DNA from: Gammaproteobacteria bacterium | GTDB lineage: Bacteria > Pseudomonadota > Gammaproteobacteria > 21-64-14 | Direction: 5' to 3' | Assembly: GCA_027013145.1 (NCBI GenBank) | Contig: JALUXX010000060.1 | Location: 38,499-102,498 of the forward strand | Length of the DNA: 64,000 bases | Shown: one piece after another, positions 1 through 9,578 of the stretch | Numbering within the stretch: position 1 is the first letter of the stretch | Layout of the letters: every line of letters begins with the position of its first letter | Made by a program: the position numbers and the translations under genes | The notes under the pieces: generated by a model | What the model was told of the DNA's origin: nothing | Seen by the model: only the letters and a program-made list of their open reading frames with translations | The model's database searches: none

Positions 1-627
1 GATGCGTGCCGGCACCCCCGCCAACGCGAGTACGTCGACCGCCCGCTCCCACTTGGCGAGCGCCGACGGGTGCGGTCCGAGCAGCAGGGCGGTGTTGTGG
101 TCCGGCCGCGTCTGGTTGAGGCGCACGATCAGCGCGCTGACCAGGGTATCGACGTCGGCGCTGTGGGCGCGGGCGGCCGCGACCAGAGCGCGGGCGGCCT
201 CGAGCTCCGGCCCGTGCAGCCGGACCTCGGCGGGCGCCGGCGGCGGCGTGGTGCGTGCCGCCCGTTGTGCGGCGGGCCGGCGCGCGATCAGGGCGCGATA
301 ATAGAGGACCTGTCGGCCCTTGGCGGAGCGGATCGACCACGTGGCCTCGCGGTTTCCGTCCTCGCGCGGACCGGTGGTCAGGCCGTATCCGCGGGTGAGG
401 AAGTTCTCGTCGAGGATACGGAAGCGGTCCGAGGACTGCGGGAGCAGGAGGTTGAGCTTGACCGGGCTGCCGGTTCCGTCGAAGACGAGGCGCGCCTCGA
501 TGTTCCAGACCTCGGAGCGAGTGGTTGGCGTGAGGGGGAACCCGAGGACCAGATATTTGTACAGGAACAGGCCGAGTCCGATCGCCGCGAGCAGGCCCGC
601 GACGAGATACACCTGGCGCGGGTTCAT
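1..627 (-). CDS. Inactive transglutaminase / 7TM-domain family membrane protein, 5' part (runs off the left edge)
   Basis: Minus-strand translation from ATG 627 (MNPRQVYLVAGLLAAIGLGLFLYKYLVLGFPLTP...WNIEARLVF...ILDENFLTRGYG...ATWSIR) fits the N-terminus of this family. ATGA overlap with the upstream protease gene, its usual neighbour. Not in the ORF track because the stop lies outside the window. Confidence 0.75.
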   Translation of the reverse strand, partial: MNPRQVYLVAGLLAAIGLGLFLYKYLVLGFPLTPTTRSEVWNIEARLVFDGTGSPVKLNLLLPQSSDRFRILDENFLTRGYGLTTGPREDGNREATWSIRSAKGRQVLYYRALIARRPAAQRAARTTPPPAPAEVRLHGPELEAARALVAAARAHSADVDTLVSALIVRLNQTRPDHNTALLLGPHPSALAKWERAVDVLALAGVPARI

Positions 628-1163
628 CGCGGTCCGATTCCCTTGCATTCCGGGGGATGCAGGAATTTCCGCGCCGGATCGACGATGACGCGGTGCTCCA
701 TGAATCGGCGGCCGATCAGGAGTCGGTAGCGGAAGCGGGCGCGGTCCACGAGATTGACTTCGGTCTCGCGGTAGACGTCGCCGATGCAGATTCCGAGCCG
801 GACGACGGGTCGCCGCTGCGAGGCATGCGAGTGGCGCTTGATCCGGGCCATGCGCACGACCGGGCGCTCGAGGGTCACGGTGCGCCCCCGATTGCTGGTG
901 ACCGTGAAGCGAATCCAGCGTTCGCCGTCGCGGCGGAAAAATACCGCATCGCGCGCATCAAGGGAGGAGACGTCGGCGCCGGTGTCGAGCTTGGCCTCGA
1001 GGAGGAAGGCGCCCGGGTAGATCCGGGCCTCCTCGATCCAACCGGCCTCGAGCCTCGCGTCCCCGGTGTCCGCCGCCGGAGTCGCCCGGGCTGCGGGCGA
1101 CGCGAATGCGATGAGCAGACCGGCGATCGCCGCCGCCGGAACGCCCGTCCTTTGTCTGTGCAT
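624..1163 (-). CDS. Retropepsin-like protease of the RimK-associated family (often annotated putative ATP-dependent zinc protease), with signal peptide
   Basis: AKLDTGADVSSLDA and EVNLVDR..FRYRLLIGRRFM motifs; hydrophobic N-terminus ending AARA. Confidence 0.85.
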   Translation of the reverse strand: MHRQRTGVPAAAIAGLLIAFASPAARATPAADTGDARLEAGWIEEARIYPGAFLLEAKLDTGADVSSLDARDAVFFRRDGERWIRFTVTSNRGRTVTLERPVVRMARIKRHSHASQRRPVVRLGICIGDVYRETEVNLVDRARFRYRLLIGRRFMEHRVIVDPARKFLHPPECKGIGPR

Positions 1164-1332
1164 ATGGCCCCTCCCGCCCCCCCTGGCCGGCGTGGCAAGT
1201 ATACTTTCGGTATCGGTCGCCGACCACACGGCGCGGATCCGGGCGGGCCGCGGCTAAGGATTACGGCGCGGCGGCCGCTCAGGGAGGGAGGTGGCGGGGT
1301 GTCCCGCCGCAGGGAGCGACCGGAAGGTGGGA

Positions 1333-2793
1333 ATGAGTCCCGCGGGTGGCGAGCAGTCGGGCGGCGGAGGGGCCGGTTCGGAACCGCCGGCGGCGAACGT
1401 CTCGGGTACGGCGCACAAGGCGCTGCGCATCAATCTCGATACCGAGACCTACGGGACGATCGCCGAGATCGGCGCCGGGCAGGAGACGGCGCGCTGGTTC
1501 TTCCGGGTCGGCGGGGCGGCCGGGACGTTGGCCAAGGCCATGTCCGCCTACGACATGGTGTTCAGCGACTCGATCTATGGGTCAGCCCAGCGCTATGTCA
1601 GCCGTGAGCGCCTCGAGACCATGCTCGACCACGAGTACGGGCTGCTGGTCGAACGCCTGAACGCACGCCGCGGGGAAGGTACCCGCTTCTTCGCATTCGC
1701 CGACACGGTCGCGGCGCACAGTTTCAAGCACCGCCTGGACGGCCACGGCTGGCTGGGTGTGCGCTTCCAGACCCACCCCCGGCAGCCCCCCTCCCAGATC
1801 GTCCTGCACGTTCGCATGTGGGACAAGGAGAACGTGCAGCAGCAGGAGGCGTTGGGGATCCTCGGCGTCAACCTGATCCACGGGGCGCTGTACACCTGGG
1901 AGACCCCGGCCGTGCTGCTCGACGCGCTGGTGGAGGACGTGACCGCGGCGCGCGTCGAGGTCGACATGATCGAGTTCCAGGGGCCGGCGTTCGAGGGGAT
2001 CGACAACCGCCTCATGGCGCTGCGCCTGGTTCAGGACGGACTCACCAACGCGGCGATGTTCACGGCGGACGGGCGCGTGATCCAGCCCGCCGATGCCCTG
2101 TACAAGAAGGCGGTCCTGGTGGAGCGCGGAAAGTTCCACCCGGTCACGCGCGCGGATATGGACATGCTGCACTCGGCCCATGAGCGCTTCGTGCAGGAGG
2201 CGCAGGTCCAGGGGGAGAGCGTGATCACGCTGCTCGAGATGACCCTCAACAGCCTGACCAACGGCGACGGAAAGAGCATCGACCCCCACGATTTTCTGGA
2301 GCGCGTCGATACGCTGGGCACGCTTGGGCAGACGGTCCTCATCTCGAACTATGGGGAATACCACCGGCTTGCCGCCTACCTCTTCCGCTATACCCACAAA
2401 ATGGTCGGTCTGGCGATGCGCGCGGCCTCGCTCAAGGCCGTGTTCGACGAAAAGTACTATGCCGATCTTGCGGGCGGCATTCTGGAGTCGTTCGGGCGCC
2501 TGTTCAAGAACGACCTCAAGATCTACGTCTATCCGCTGCAGGATCCCGAGAGCGGCGAGCGGATCGGCGCCGAGACCCTCCAGGTCGCCCCGAACCTGAA
2601 GCACCTGTACGCCTATCTCCTGGAGAACGACTATATAGAAGGCCTGGAGGACGTGGATCCCGACTGTCTGTCGATCTCCGGGCGCGCGGTGCTCGAGTGC
2701 ATCCGCGACGGCAATCCGAACTGGGAGCGGATGGTGCCCGAGCCCGCGGCGGCGCTGATCAAGGCGCGCGGGCTGTTCGGATATCGGGGCTAG
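1333..2793 (+). CDS. Uncharacterised CinA-like / nucleotidyltransferase-like protein
   Basis: KALRINL..TYGTIAEIGAGQE.ARWFF.VGGAAGT.AK.MSAYDM.FSD.IYG N-terminus. C-terminal ERGKFHPVT and WERMVP..AAALIKARGLFG resemble a NadD-like fold. Coding-like codon use. Confidence 0.7.
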   Translation: MSPAGGEQSGGGGAGSEPPAANVSGTAHKALRINLDTETYGTIAEIGAGQETARWFFRVGGAAGTLAKAMSAYDMVFSDSIYGSAQRYVSRERLETMLDHEYGLLVERLNARRGEGTRFFAFADTVAAHSFKHRLDGHGWLGVRFQTHPRQPPSQIVLHVRMWDKENVQQQEALGILGVNLIHGALYTWETPAVLLDALVEDVTAARVEVDMIEFQGPAFEGIDNRLMALRLVQDGLTNAAMFTADGRVIQPADALYKKAVLVERGKFHPVTRADMDMLHSAHERFVQEAQVQGESVITLLEMTLNSLTNGDGKSIDPHDFLERVDTLGTLGQTVLISNYGEYHRLAAYLFRYTHKMVGLAMRAASLKAVFDEKYYADLAGGILESFGRLFKNDLKIYVYPLQDPESGERIGAETLQVAPNLKHLYAYLLENDYIEGLEDVDPDCLSISGRAVLECIRDGNPNWERMVPEPAAALIKARGLFGYRG

Positions 2794-4042
2794 AGGGTGC
2801 GCGCGCGGGGCCCGTGATGGAGGCCATGAGCGGCGCGAAGATCCATTTCGAGGCGAGTCCCCAGTAGCGCCGCGCATCGGCGTCTGCGGCGCCGAGCGCA
2901 CGCCCCTGGCGCACGAACACCAGATCGAGGCTCGGGACCACCAGGAGGATCTGGTGTCCCGCACCCTCGGCGGCGATCGCATCGCGCGGGAGCGACGGCC
3001 AGGCGCCGTCGGTGTTCAGCCACCACCCGCCGCTGGGAACCGGGCGGCCCCGCGGATCCGGATCCGGCCGGTAGGGCGGCGCTCGGGTTCCCGCCAACAT
3101 CTGTCGCAGCCAATAGGGGCTCACGACCGTGCGCCCGTTCCAGCGGCCGTTCCGGAGGATCATCTCACCGATGCGGGCTTCGGCGCGGGCGGTGAGGTCC
3201 GCGCCGCTGCCCATGGCATACAGGGTCAGGCCGTCGGCGCGATAGGACTTCCCGTAACTGATCTGCCAGTCCCGTTGCGGGATCCCGAGCGGGCGCATGA
3301 TGCGGTCCCGCAACAGCGAACGGATATCGGGATCGGCTGTTCCCTGGAGCGCGACCGTCAAGGCATACGCGAGCGCGTAGTATCCGATCCCACTGTACCG
3401 GTAGTGCGTTCCGGGGGTGAACAGGAGTGGGACGCGGTCGATGGCGAGGCGGAAGCGCTCGGCGGGATGGCGGTAATAGGTCTTGCGCCAGCCGCGCAGC
3501 ATGCCGGTCTGACCGCGGAAGAAGTCGACGTCGGCGAGTCCCGAGGTGTGGAAGGCGAGATCGCGGATGCGGATTCGGGAGCGCAACGGATCGTGCCGCC
3601 ACTGCGGGAGGAATTTCCAGGCCGGCTCGTCCAGGCGCAACCGGCCCTCGGTCAGCGCGGCGAGCAACGCCATGCTGCCGATCGCCCCCTTGGCGAGGGC
3701 GGCGGTGTAGTGCGGCTGGTCCGGTCCCGCCCGCAGTGCATACCATTCATAGACGAGTCGCCCGCCGCGCACTACCAGCAGCGCCGTGGTACCGTGCGCG
3801 GCGAGCCCCTGCCGTATGGTCGCGAGCGCGGCCGGATCGATTCCCTCATCCCCGGGGGCGGCCGTCGGGTAGGTGATGTCGGGAGGCTCGAAGTGATGCG
3901 CAAGGTCGAGCACGAAGGATTCGATCGGCCAGGCGCGGTGAGTGAGTTTGAGGGCGGCGAGGGCGAGAGCTAGGGCGAACAGGAGTACGCTCAGGCGCAG
4001 GCGCCGCCGGTGACGGTCGGAAGACCTTTCCGGTGCGCTCAT
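2759..4042 (-). CDS. Beta-lactamase / serine hydrolase fold protein, membrane-anchored, with SxxK read as ALAK
   Basis: ALLVVRGGRLVYEWY, IRIRDLAFHTSGL, PGTHYRYS, LRDRIMRPLG and GAGHQILLVVPSLDLV motifs; starts 7 bp after the ferritin-like gene. Confidence 0.85.
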   Translation of the reverse strand: MSAPERSSDRHRRRLRLSVLLFALALALAALKLTHRAWPIESFVLDLAHHFEPPDITYPTAAPGDEGIDPAALATIRQGLAAHGTTALLVVRGGRLVYEWYALRAGPDQPHYTAALAKGAIGSMALLAALTEGRLRLDEPAWKFLPQWRHDPLRSRIRIRDLAFHTSGLADVDFFRGQTGMLRGWRKTYYRHPAERFRLAIDRVPLLFTPGTHYRYSGIGYYALAYALTVALQGTADPDIRSLLRDRIMRPLGIPQRDWQISYGKSYRADGLTLYAMGSGADLTARAEARIGEMILRNGRWNGRTVVSPYWLRQMLAGTRAPPYRPDPDPRGRPVPSGGWWLNTDGAWPSLPRDAIAAEGAGHQILLVVPSLDLVFVRQGRALGAADADARRYWGLASKWIFAPLMASITGPARAPSSPDIRTARAP

Positions 4043-4048
4043 GGGGCC

Positions 4049-4882
4049 CTACGCCCGTGCGCCGCGCGGCAGTATCCGCAGCGCCAGGCGCGCGATACCG
4101 GGCGCGAAACGCGGGCGGAGCAGGCGCCGGTCGTAGCGGTCGAAGCGGCGCTCGTTCTCCTCCAGGCACAACTCCATGAAGCGACGCGGCGTGACGTCGG
4201 CGTCGATCTCCTCGTGCCCTTTCATGGTGAAGTTTTCGCCCTCGTTCATGCCGCGAGCGGTCTTGATCCGGCTCCAGACCTGGCGCGCCATGACCCATGC
4301 GCAACGCAGCCGAAACAGCGGCCGGTGCCACCACGGGAGTTGCGCGCGCCGGTAGGCCACCCAGTTGACGAAGAACAGGATATGCCGCGCCTCCTCCTGC
4401 ATGATCGGCTCGAAGATGTCGATCAGCTCGCGGGAGAAAAAGCCGGAGTCGCGGGCGATGCGGAACAGTCCGAAGGCGAAGAAGGAGTCGAAACATTCCC
4501 CGAATCCCGCGTGCAGGAATGCGCGCTCGACATCTCCGTCCTCCGGCTCCTCCTTGAGGGGCGGCAGTCGGATGTCGTAGAAGTGTACGAGGGCGCTGAG
4601 CAGGCGTGAGTGACGGCCTTCCTCCTCGCCCTGCAGGGCGAGCGCCTCCCGGACCACCGGGTCGGGCTCGCGTTCGGCGGCCCGCTGGACGGTGCGCGCG
4701 GTGACGTGTTCGGTCGAGACCGCCTCGCCCCAGAACGGAAGCGTCGTCAGGCGGTCGCGGGCGCTGCCTTCGAGCTGCGGCCAGGGCATGGCCTCGGGAT
4801 CGAAACGCAGATGCGATTCGACGAAGAAGCGGCAGAAAAGGTCGCGATGTTCGGCGGAGCCGACGCGCAAGGCAGCCACCAT
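4049..4882 (-). CDS. Ferritin-like di-iron protein in the hopanoid operon
   Basis: Two ExxH motifs (EEEGRH, QEEARH) with helical-bundle spacing; GGGAGG RBS before ATG 4882. Confidence 0.8.
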   Translation of the reverse strand: MVAALRVGSAEHRDLFCRFFVESHLRFDPEAMPWPQLEGSARDRLTTLPFWGEAVSTEHVTARTVQRAAEREPDPVVREALALQGEEEGRHSRLLSALVHFYDIRLPPLKEEPEDGDVERAFLHAGFGECFDSFFAFGLFRIARDSGFFSRELIDIFEPIMQEEARHILFFVNWVAYRRAQLPWWHRPLFRLRCAWVMARQVWSRIKTARGMNEGENFTMKGHEEIDADVTPRRFMELCLEENERRFDRYDRRLLRPRFAPGIARLALRILPRGARA

Positions 4883-4973
4883 CCGTATCCCTCCCCAGGG
4901 TTGTGGCACGACCCGGGATTCTAACGGCAGAACGCGGACGCGGTCCATGCCCGGTCTGCGGTACGGAGCGCAC

Positions 4974-6011
4974 CTACTCCGTGGTGCGCGCCTGCCGGCG
5001 CAGGCGCAGGCCTTCCATCCATTGCCAGGACAGCAGCATGGGAACACCGTAGCCGACCTGTCGCAGGCGACGGGTCAGCGAAAGCGCCAGTGCGAGGTCG
5101 GGCGTCAGTCCGGTGGCCGCACCGAACAGGACGAAGGCCCCCTCCTGGACGCCGAGTCCGGCCGGCACGATGAACGACGCGCTCTGTACCGCCTGCGCCA
5201 GGCTCTCCAGGAGAACGGCCTCAAGCAGGCTGGGCGGGTGGCCGAGCAGATAGAGGGAGAACCACAGCTCGGCGGCGCCGGCCATGAGCCCCGCAAACTG
5301 CCACCAGGCACAGACCAGGACGCGGGTGCGGTCGCGGTACAGGCTTTGGATGGCGCCGTCGAGGTGTGCCGGGTCGCCGATCAGTGCGAGCACCTCGCGT
5401 CCGGTGATCGCCTGCAGTATGCGCTCGAGGATCTGAAAGAGTCCCCAGCGATGCTGAAGAAGGAAGAACACGATCAGGATCGGCAGCGTCGCGAGCAGTC
5501 CGATGATGAGCATCCGGGCCGCGGTGTTGTCGCGCAAGTAATAGAGCAGGAGGATCAGCCCCGCCAGCGTGAACAGAAACTGCATCGCCAGCGTTACGGT
5601 GATCTCGACGATGACACTGGCGCCGGCGCGGCCGCCCGCAATCCCGCGCAGCATCAGCAGGCGCACGCCGACCATCTCGCCGCCGATCCTCGCAACCGGA
5701 AGCAGGGTGTTGATCGAGTCGCGTACGGACGCCGCCCAGGTCAGAAAGACCATGCCGACGCGCCGTTCCCCCCTTAGCAGCGTGTGCCAGCCGGCGGCGT
5801 CGAGCGCCAGCGGGACGATGTGCACGGGTACGACCCACAGCAGGGTCCAACCGGCGAGGTCGAGAATGTGCAGGATGTCGCCCAGGCCGCTGTGCACGAG
5901 CAGCGCAATGCCCAGGCCCAGGCCCGCAATACCCGAGAGCACGATCGCGGTCCGCAGCCCGCGCGAAATGCGAGGTCCAGGAACGGGAGGCGGGGGCGCG
6001 GCCGCGGTCAC
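4974..6011 (-). CDS. hpnL: HpnL-like flippase-domain membrane protein (LPG synthase TM family)
   Basis: Multi-TM; [10 protein letters not shown] and [14 protein letters not shown] motifs; GTGA overlap with the hpnN stop. Confidence 0.8.
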   Translation of the reverse strand: MTAAAPPPPVPGPRISRGLRTAIVLSGIAGLGLGIALLVHSGLGDILHILDLAGWTLLWVVPVHIVPLALDAAGWHTLLRGERRVGMVFLTWAASVRDSINTLLPVARIGGEMVGVRLLMLRGIAGGRAGASVIVEITVTLAMQFLFTLAGLILLLYYLRDNTAARMLIIGLLATLPILIVFFLLQHRWGLFQILERILQAITGREVLALIGDPAHLDGAIQSLYRDRTRVLVCAWWQFAGLMAGAAELWFSLYLLGHPPSLLEAVLLESLAQAVQSASFIVPAGLGVQEGAFVLFGAATGLTPDLALALSLTRRLRQVGYGVPMLLSWQWMEGLRLRRQARTTE

Positions 6012-8701
6012 CGGTCCGAGCCCTTGCCGGGGGCGCCCTTGTGCGGTCGGGGTGGACCGCGCAGCACGAGCAGCGCGGGCAGCAGGGTCAGGATGCACAA
6101 CAGGACGGCGGCGAGAGAGATCGAAAGGGTCTGTCCGAGGATCGACATGCCGGGATCGGTGGCCACGGCGAGGCTGCCGAAGGAGCTCATCGTGGTCAGG
6201 GCGCTGAACAGGACCGCGGCGGGCGTGCTGCTGCGCAGGAGATTGGGAACCGCGACCCCGCCGCGCCAGCGGGTCACGAGATAGATTCCGAAGGCCACCC
6301 CGAGCCCGATCAGCAGCGGCAGCACGATGATGTTCGCCAGATTGAAGGAGATTCCGATCAGGTGCATGACCGCCACCGTCAGCAGCGCGGCGAGGCCGAG
6401 CGGGGCGAGGGCGGTGAGGGTGTCGCGGATGCTGCGCAGCGCGAGCAGGAGCAAGGCCGTGATCCCCAGAAGCGAGAGCGACGTGGCCTTGCGGAAGGCG
6501 TGCACCACCGCCTCCCCGCCTTCGACCAGCATGACCGGTGCACCGGAGGCATCCGGTGCCACCGTCTGCACCGACTTCACGAAACGGCGCATGTTGCGGT
6601 TGCTGCTGAGATCGAGAGTCGACAGGACCTCGACCCGCGCCGCGCCGTCGGGGGCCAGGTAACGGGCGCGCAGCGACGCGGGCAGCGTGGTCAACGAGAC
6701 CCGACGCGCATTCAGCGCCAAGCCGAGGTCGCGTACCTGATCGAGGAGGCCGGCGAGCACGCGTTCCTGGAGGATCGCGAGCGCCTTGGGGTGATCTCCG
6801 AACCGCTTGAGATAACGGCGTGTCTCCCGGGCCAGGGCTTCGGCCTCACGGCGGAGTTGCGCGCGGTCGGCGGGGGCATGGAACGCCGCGAGCCGGTTCG
6901 CGAAGTCTTCCAGAGACCGGCGGATGGCCGCCGGGCTCGGTGTCGGCACCTGGGTCGGAATCAGCGCGAACGGGGGCAGCAGCAGCGCCATCTGCTGGAT
7001 GATGGCGAGTTTCTTGGATTGGTCGTCCGGGACGTAGCTCGCGAGCGTCAGCGCATGGGCGACGGTCTTGAGCTTCTCCAGGCGTGCGGCCACCCGCTGC
7101 GCCTGGGCCAGGGTGGGCTCGAGGATGTCGATCGTGTAGGGGGAGGTCTTGCTGTGCTTGAGCAGATAATGAAAGGTCGCAACCGCTTCGCTGCGGGGGT
7201 CCTGGAGGTGCAGCGGATTGAAGTCGAAACGCGCCTGCAGGACCAGGGGCATGCTGGCCACGGCCAGGGCGGCGGCGGTGATGACGATGCCGCGGGCGTG
7301 GCGTTCGACGGGCGGGCGGGCGGTCGCGGACGCCTTCCGCGCCCGCGGCGCGCGGCGTCGAGGGGGGAACAGGGTCAGCAGGGCCGGAAGCACGGTGAGA
7401 TTCGCCACCAGGGCGATGAACATGCTGGTACCGGAGATGATGCCGAGGTCGACGATGCCGGCGTACTCGGTGGGCACGAAGGAATAGAAGCTCACGGCCG
7501 CAGACGTGGCCGCCAGGCACAGCGCCCCGCCGATGCCCCACCCGGTCAGGCGCAGGGCGTGGTCATGCGGGGCGCCGCCGTCGTACTCCTCGCGGTAGCG
7601 CATGCTGAACTGGATCCCGAAGTCCACCCCGAGACCGACGAAGAGCACTGCAAATGCCACCGACATCAGATTCAGGGGACCGATCGCGAACAGGGCGAAG
7701 GCCGCGGTCCAGGCGAGCCCCATGAACAGCGTCAGCAGCGCCGCCGCCACCATGCGCGCCGAGCGCAGGGCGAGCACCAGCAGCAACAGGACGAGGGCGA
7801 TCGAGAGGACCGTCGCGATGCCGGCGCCCTGCGAGACGGTCTTGAGCTGGGCGTTGTCGAGCGCCGCCGACCCGGTCAGGCGCACCCGCAGGCCGTGCGC
7901 GGGATCCAGGTGCAGACTGCGGGCCGCGGCGCGGATCGCGTCCAGAGCCCCCAGCGCCGGCTGCATCCGGCTGTAGTCGAAGCGCGGTTTCACGATCACG
8001 AAGGCGCGGCGATCCTCTTCGCTCTGCCGGGTTCCCCCGATAAGCTCGCCCCAGGGAATCTGATAGAACCGGCCGCGCTCCTGCGCCTGCATGGCCGCGC
8101 GCAGTTGCGCGAGGACGGTGGCGAGGTCCGAGAGTTGCGGACCCGTTCCGCCGGCCCGCTCCAGACCCTGTTCGAGCAGCGAGAGCAGACCCGGAAGCGT
8201 CGGATCCCGGGCCAGTTGCGAGAGGAGGGGTTGGGCCTCGGAGAGGCGGTTCGAGAGCGCCCAGAGCTGTTTCTCGCTGAGGTAGAGCAGCCCGTTGCGG
8301 CGGAAGAACGCCCCGCCCCCGGGGATGTAGACCTCCTGGATCCACCGCTGCCGGCCGCGCAGGTATCGGGCGAGCCGTCGGGCGGCACTCCGCGCCAGAT
8401 CGGCGGTCTGCCCGTCGATCACCACCAGGACGGTGTCGCTGAGCTGCGGAAACTCGCGGTCTAGGCGCTCCTGCACCTGCTGAAACGGGAGATCGCGCGA
8501 GAGCGCGTCGCGCATATCCGTGTTGATGCCGAAGTGGGTCAGGGTGTAGTAGATCGCCGCAGCCGTCAGGGCCAGCGCCAGCAGTACGACCGCACCGGCC
8601 GCGCGCCGCGAACCGTCTACCAGCGTCACCAGGACGCGGACGACCATTCGTCCCAACCGCTCGAGGAGCGAGTCACTCGGATCGGGTTCAGACCAGTTCA
8701 C
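6008..8701 (-). CDS. hpnN: Hopanoid RND/MMPL transporter
   Basis: 897 aa with two MMPL repeats; LFVGLGVDFGIQF and LLIGLGVAFGIY motifs; hpn context. Confidence 0.93.
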   Translation of the reverse strand: MNWSEPDPSDSLLERLGRMVVRVLVTLVDGSRRAAGAVVLLALALTAAAIYYTLTHFGINTDMRDALSRDLPFQQVQERLDREFPQLSDTVLVVIDGQTADLARSAARRLARYLRGRQRWIQEVYIPGGGAFFRRNGLLYLSEKQLWALSNRLSEAQPLLSQLARDPTLPGLLSLLEQGLERAGGTGPQLSDLATVLAQLRAAMQAQERGRFYQIPWGELIGGTRQSEEDRRAFVIVKPRFDYSRMQPALGALDAIRAAARSLHLDPAHGLRVRLTGSAALDNAQLKTVSQGAGIATVLSIALVLLLLVLALRSARMVAAALLTLFMGLAWTAAFALFAIGPLNLMSVAFAVLFVGLGVDFGIQFSMRYREEYDGGAPHDHALRLTGWGIGGALCLAATSAAVSFYSFVPTEYAGIVDLGIISGTSMFIALVANLTVLPALLTLFPPRRRAPRARKASATARPPVERHARGIVITAAALAVASMPLVLQARFDFNPLHLQDPRSEAVATFHYLLKHSKTSPYTIDILEPTLAQAQRVAARLEKLKTVAHALTLASYVPDDQSKKLAIIQQMALLLPPFALIPTQVPTPSPAAIRRSLEDFANRLAAFHAPADRAQLRREAEALARETRRYLKRFGDHPKALAILQERVLAGLLDQVRDLGLALNARRVSLTTLPASLRARYLAPDGAARVEVLSTLDLSSNRNMRRFVKSVQTVAPDASGAPVMLVEGGEAVVHAFRKATSLSLLGITALLLLALRSIRDTLTALAPLGLAALLTVAVMHLIGISFNLANIIVLPLLIGLGVAFGIYLVTRWRGGVAVPNLLRSSTPAAVLFSALTTMSSFGSLAVATDPGMSILGQTLSISLAAVLLCILTLLPALLVLRGPPRPHKGAPGKGSDR

Positions 8702-9560
8702 CGAAACCTACCGGGTCGATCTCCGCATGAAGGATGGCCGCGCGCACGCGCGGGCTGACGAGGGCGCGATACTCGGCCTCATGGCGCGCGACCGGCATGG
8801 GCAGGGGGGCGCGCCCCGGTGTCGCCGGCGCTTGCGATTTCGCCGGATGGAAGTACATCTCCGACACGCCTTCGGGCAGGCAGTCGAGGATGCGCAGCAC
8901 GGTCTCCTCGGTCATGTGGCCGGTGGTGCTCAGCCCGAACAGAAAGCGATTGAACTTCACGCCCGCGCGCCGCAGACGTCGGCGCATCAGCGCCGTCCAG
9001 GGCGCCAGGAACAGGCTCCATGCGACGCGGGAGGCGAGGCGCCCCGGATCGATGCAGCGGGCGCTTTGCAGGGGTTCGTACGGCAGACGTACCGCCGGGA
9101 TGCCGTAATCGCGGCCGATGCGCAGGATGAGCCCGAGCACGGTGGGATGGAGATGCATGTGCTTGTGGGCGTTCACATGGTCCAGTTCCAGGCCGGTGGC
9201 GCGGAAGGCCTCGAACTGGGCGCGGATCTCGGCCGCGAGCTGCCGGCGGACGCGGGGCAGGAAAAAGAAGCGTGTGCCGTTGCGGAACATCCCGGCGCGG
9301 AAACGGCCCGCGCCGTCGACGAGATCGGGGATGCGATCGGGCGCGAGTGCGGGCCGGGCGTCGACCAGGGCCACATGCAGACCCACGCGCAGGTCGGGCA
9401 GACGCCGCGCACGCTCGACCGCGTCCGCTGCTGCGGGTGCGGCGACCATCAGGCTGGCGCAGGCGAGAACGCCGTCGCGGTGGGCGGCCTCGACGGCCAC
9501 GTTGACCGGGACCGCGAGCCCGAAGTCGTCCGCGGTGACGATGAGCCGCCGTCGTCCCAC
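8688..9560 (-). CDS. hpnK: Hopanoid-associated YdjC-family deacetylase
   Basis: LIVTADDFGL, VGLH, DHVNAHKHMHLHP and EMYFHPA motifs. Confidence 0.93.
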   Translation of the reverse strand: MGRRRLIVTADDFGLAVPVNVAVEAAHRDGVLACASLMVAAPAAADAVERARRLPDLRVGLHVALVDARPALAPDRIPDLVDGAGRFRAGMFRNGTRFFFLPRVRRQLAAEIRAQFEAFRATGLELDHVNAHKHMHLHPTVLGLILRIGRDYGIPAVRLPYEPLQSARCIDPGRLASRVAWSLFLAPWTALMRRRLRRAGVKFNRFLFGLSTTGHMTEETVLRILDCLPEGVSEMYFHPAKSQAPATPGRAPLPMPVARHEAEYRALVSPRVRAAILHAEIDPVGFGELV

Positions 9561-9578
9561 GGCTGTCTTCCGGACCGG

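Noticed and set aside
1333-2793. TonB-dependent receptor label often attached to this family
   Set aside because: No signal peptide, no beta-barrel pattern, and too short; it looks like a soluble alpha/beta protein.
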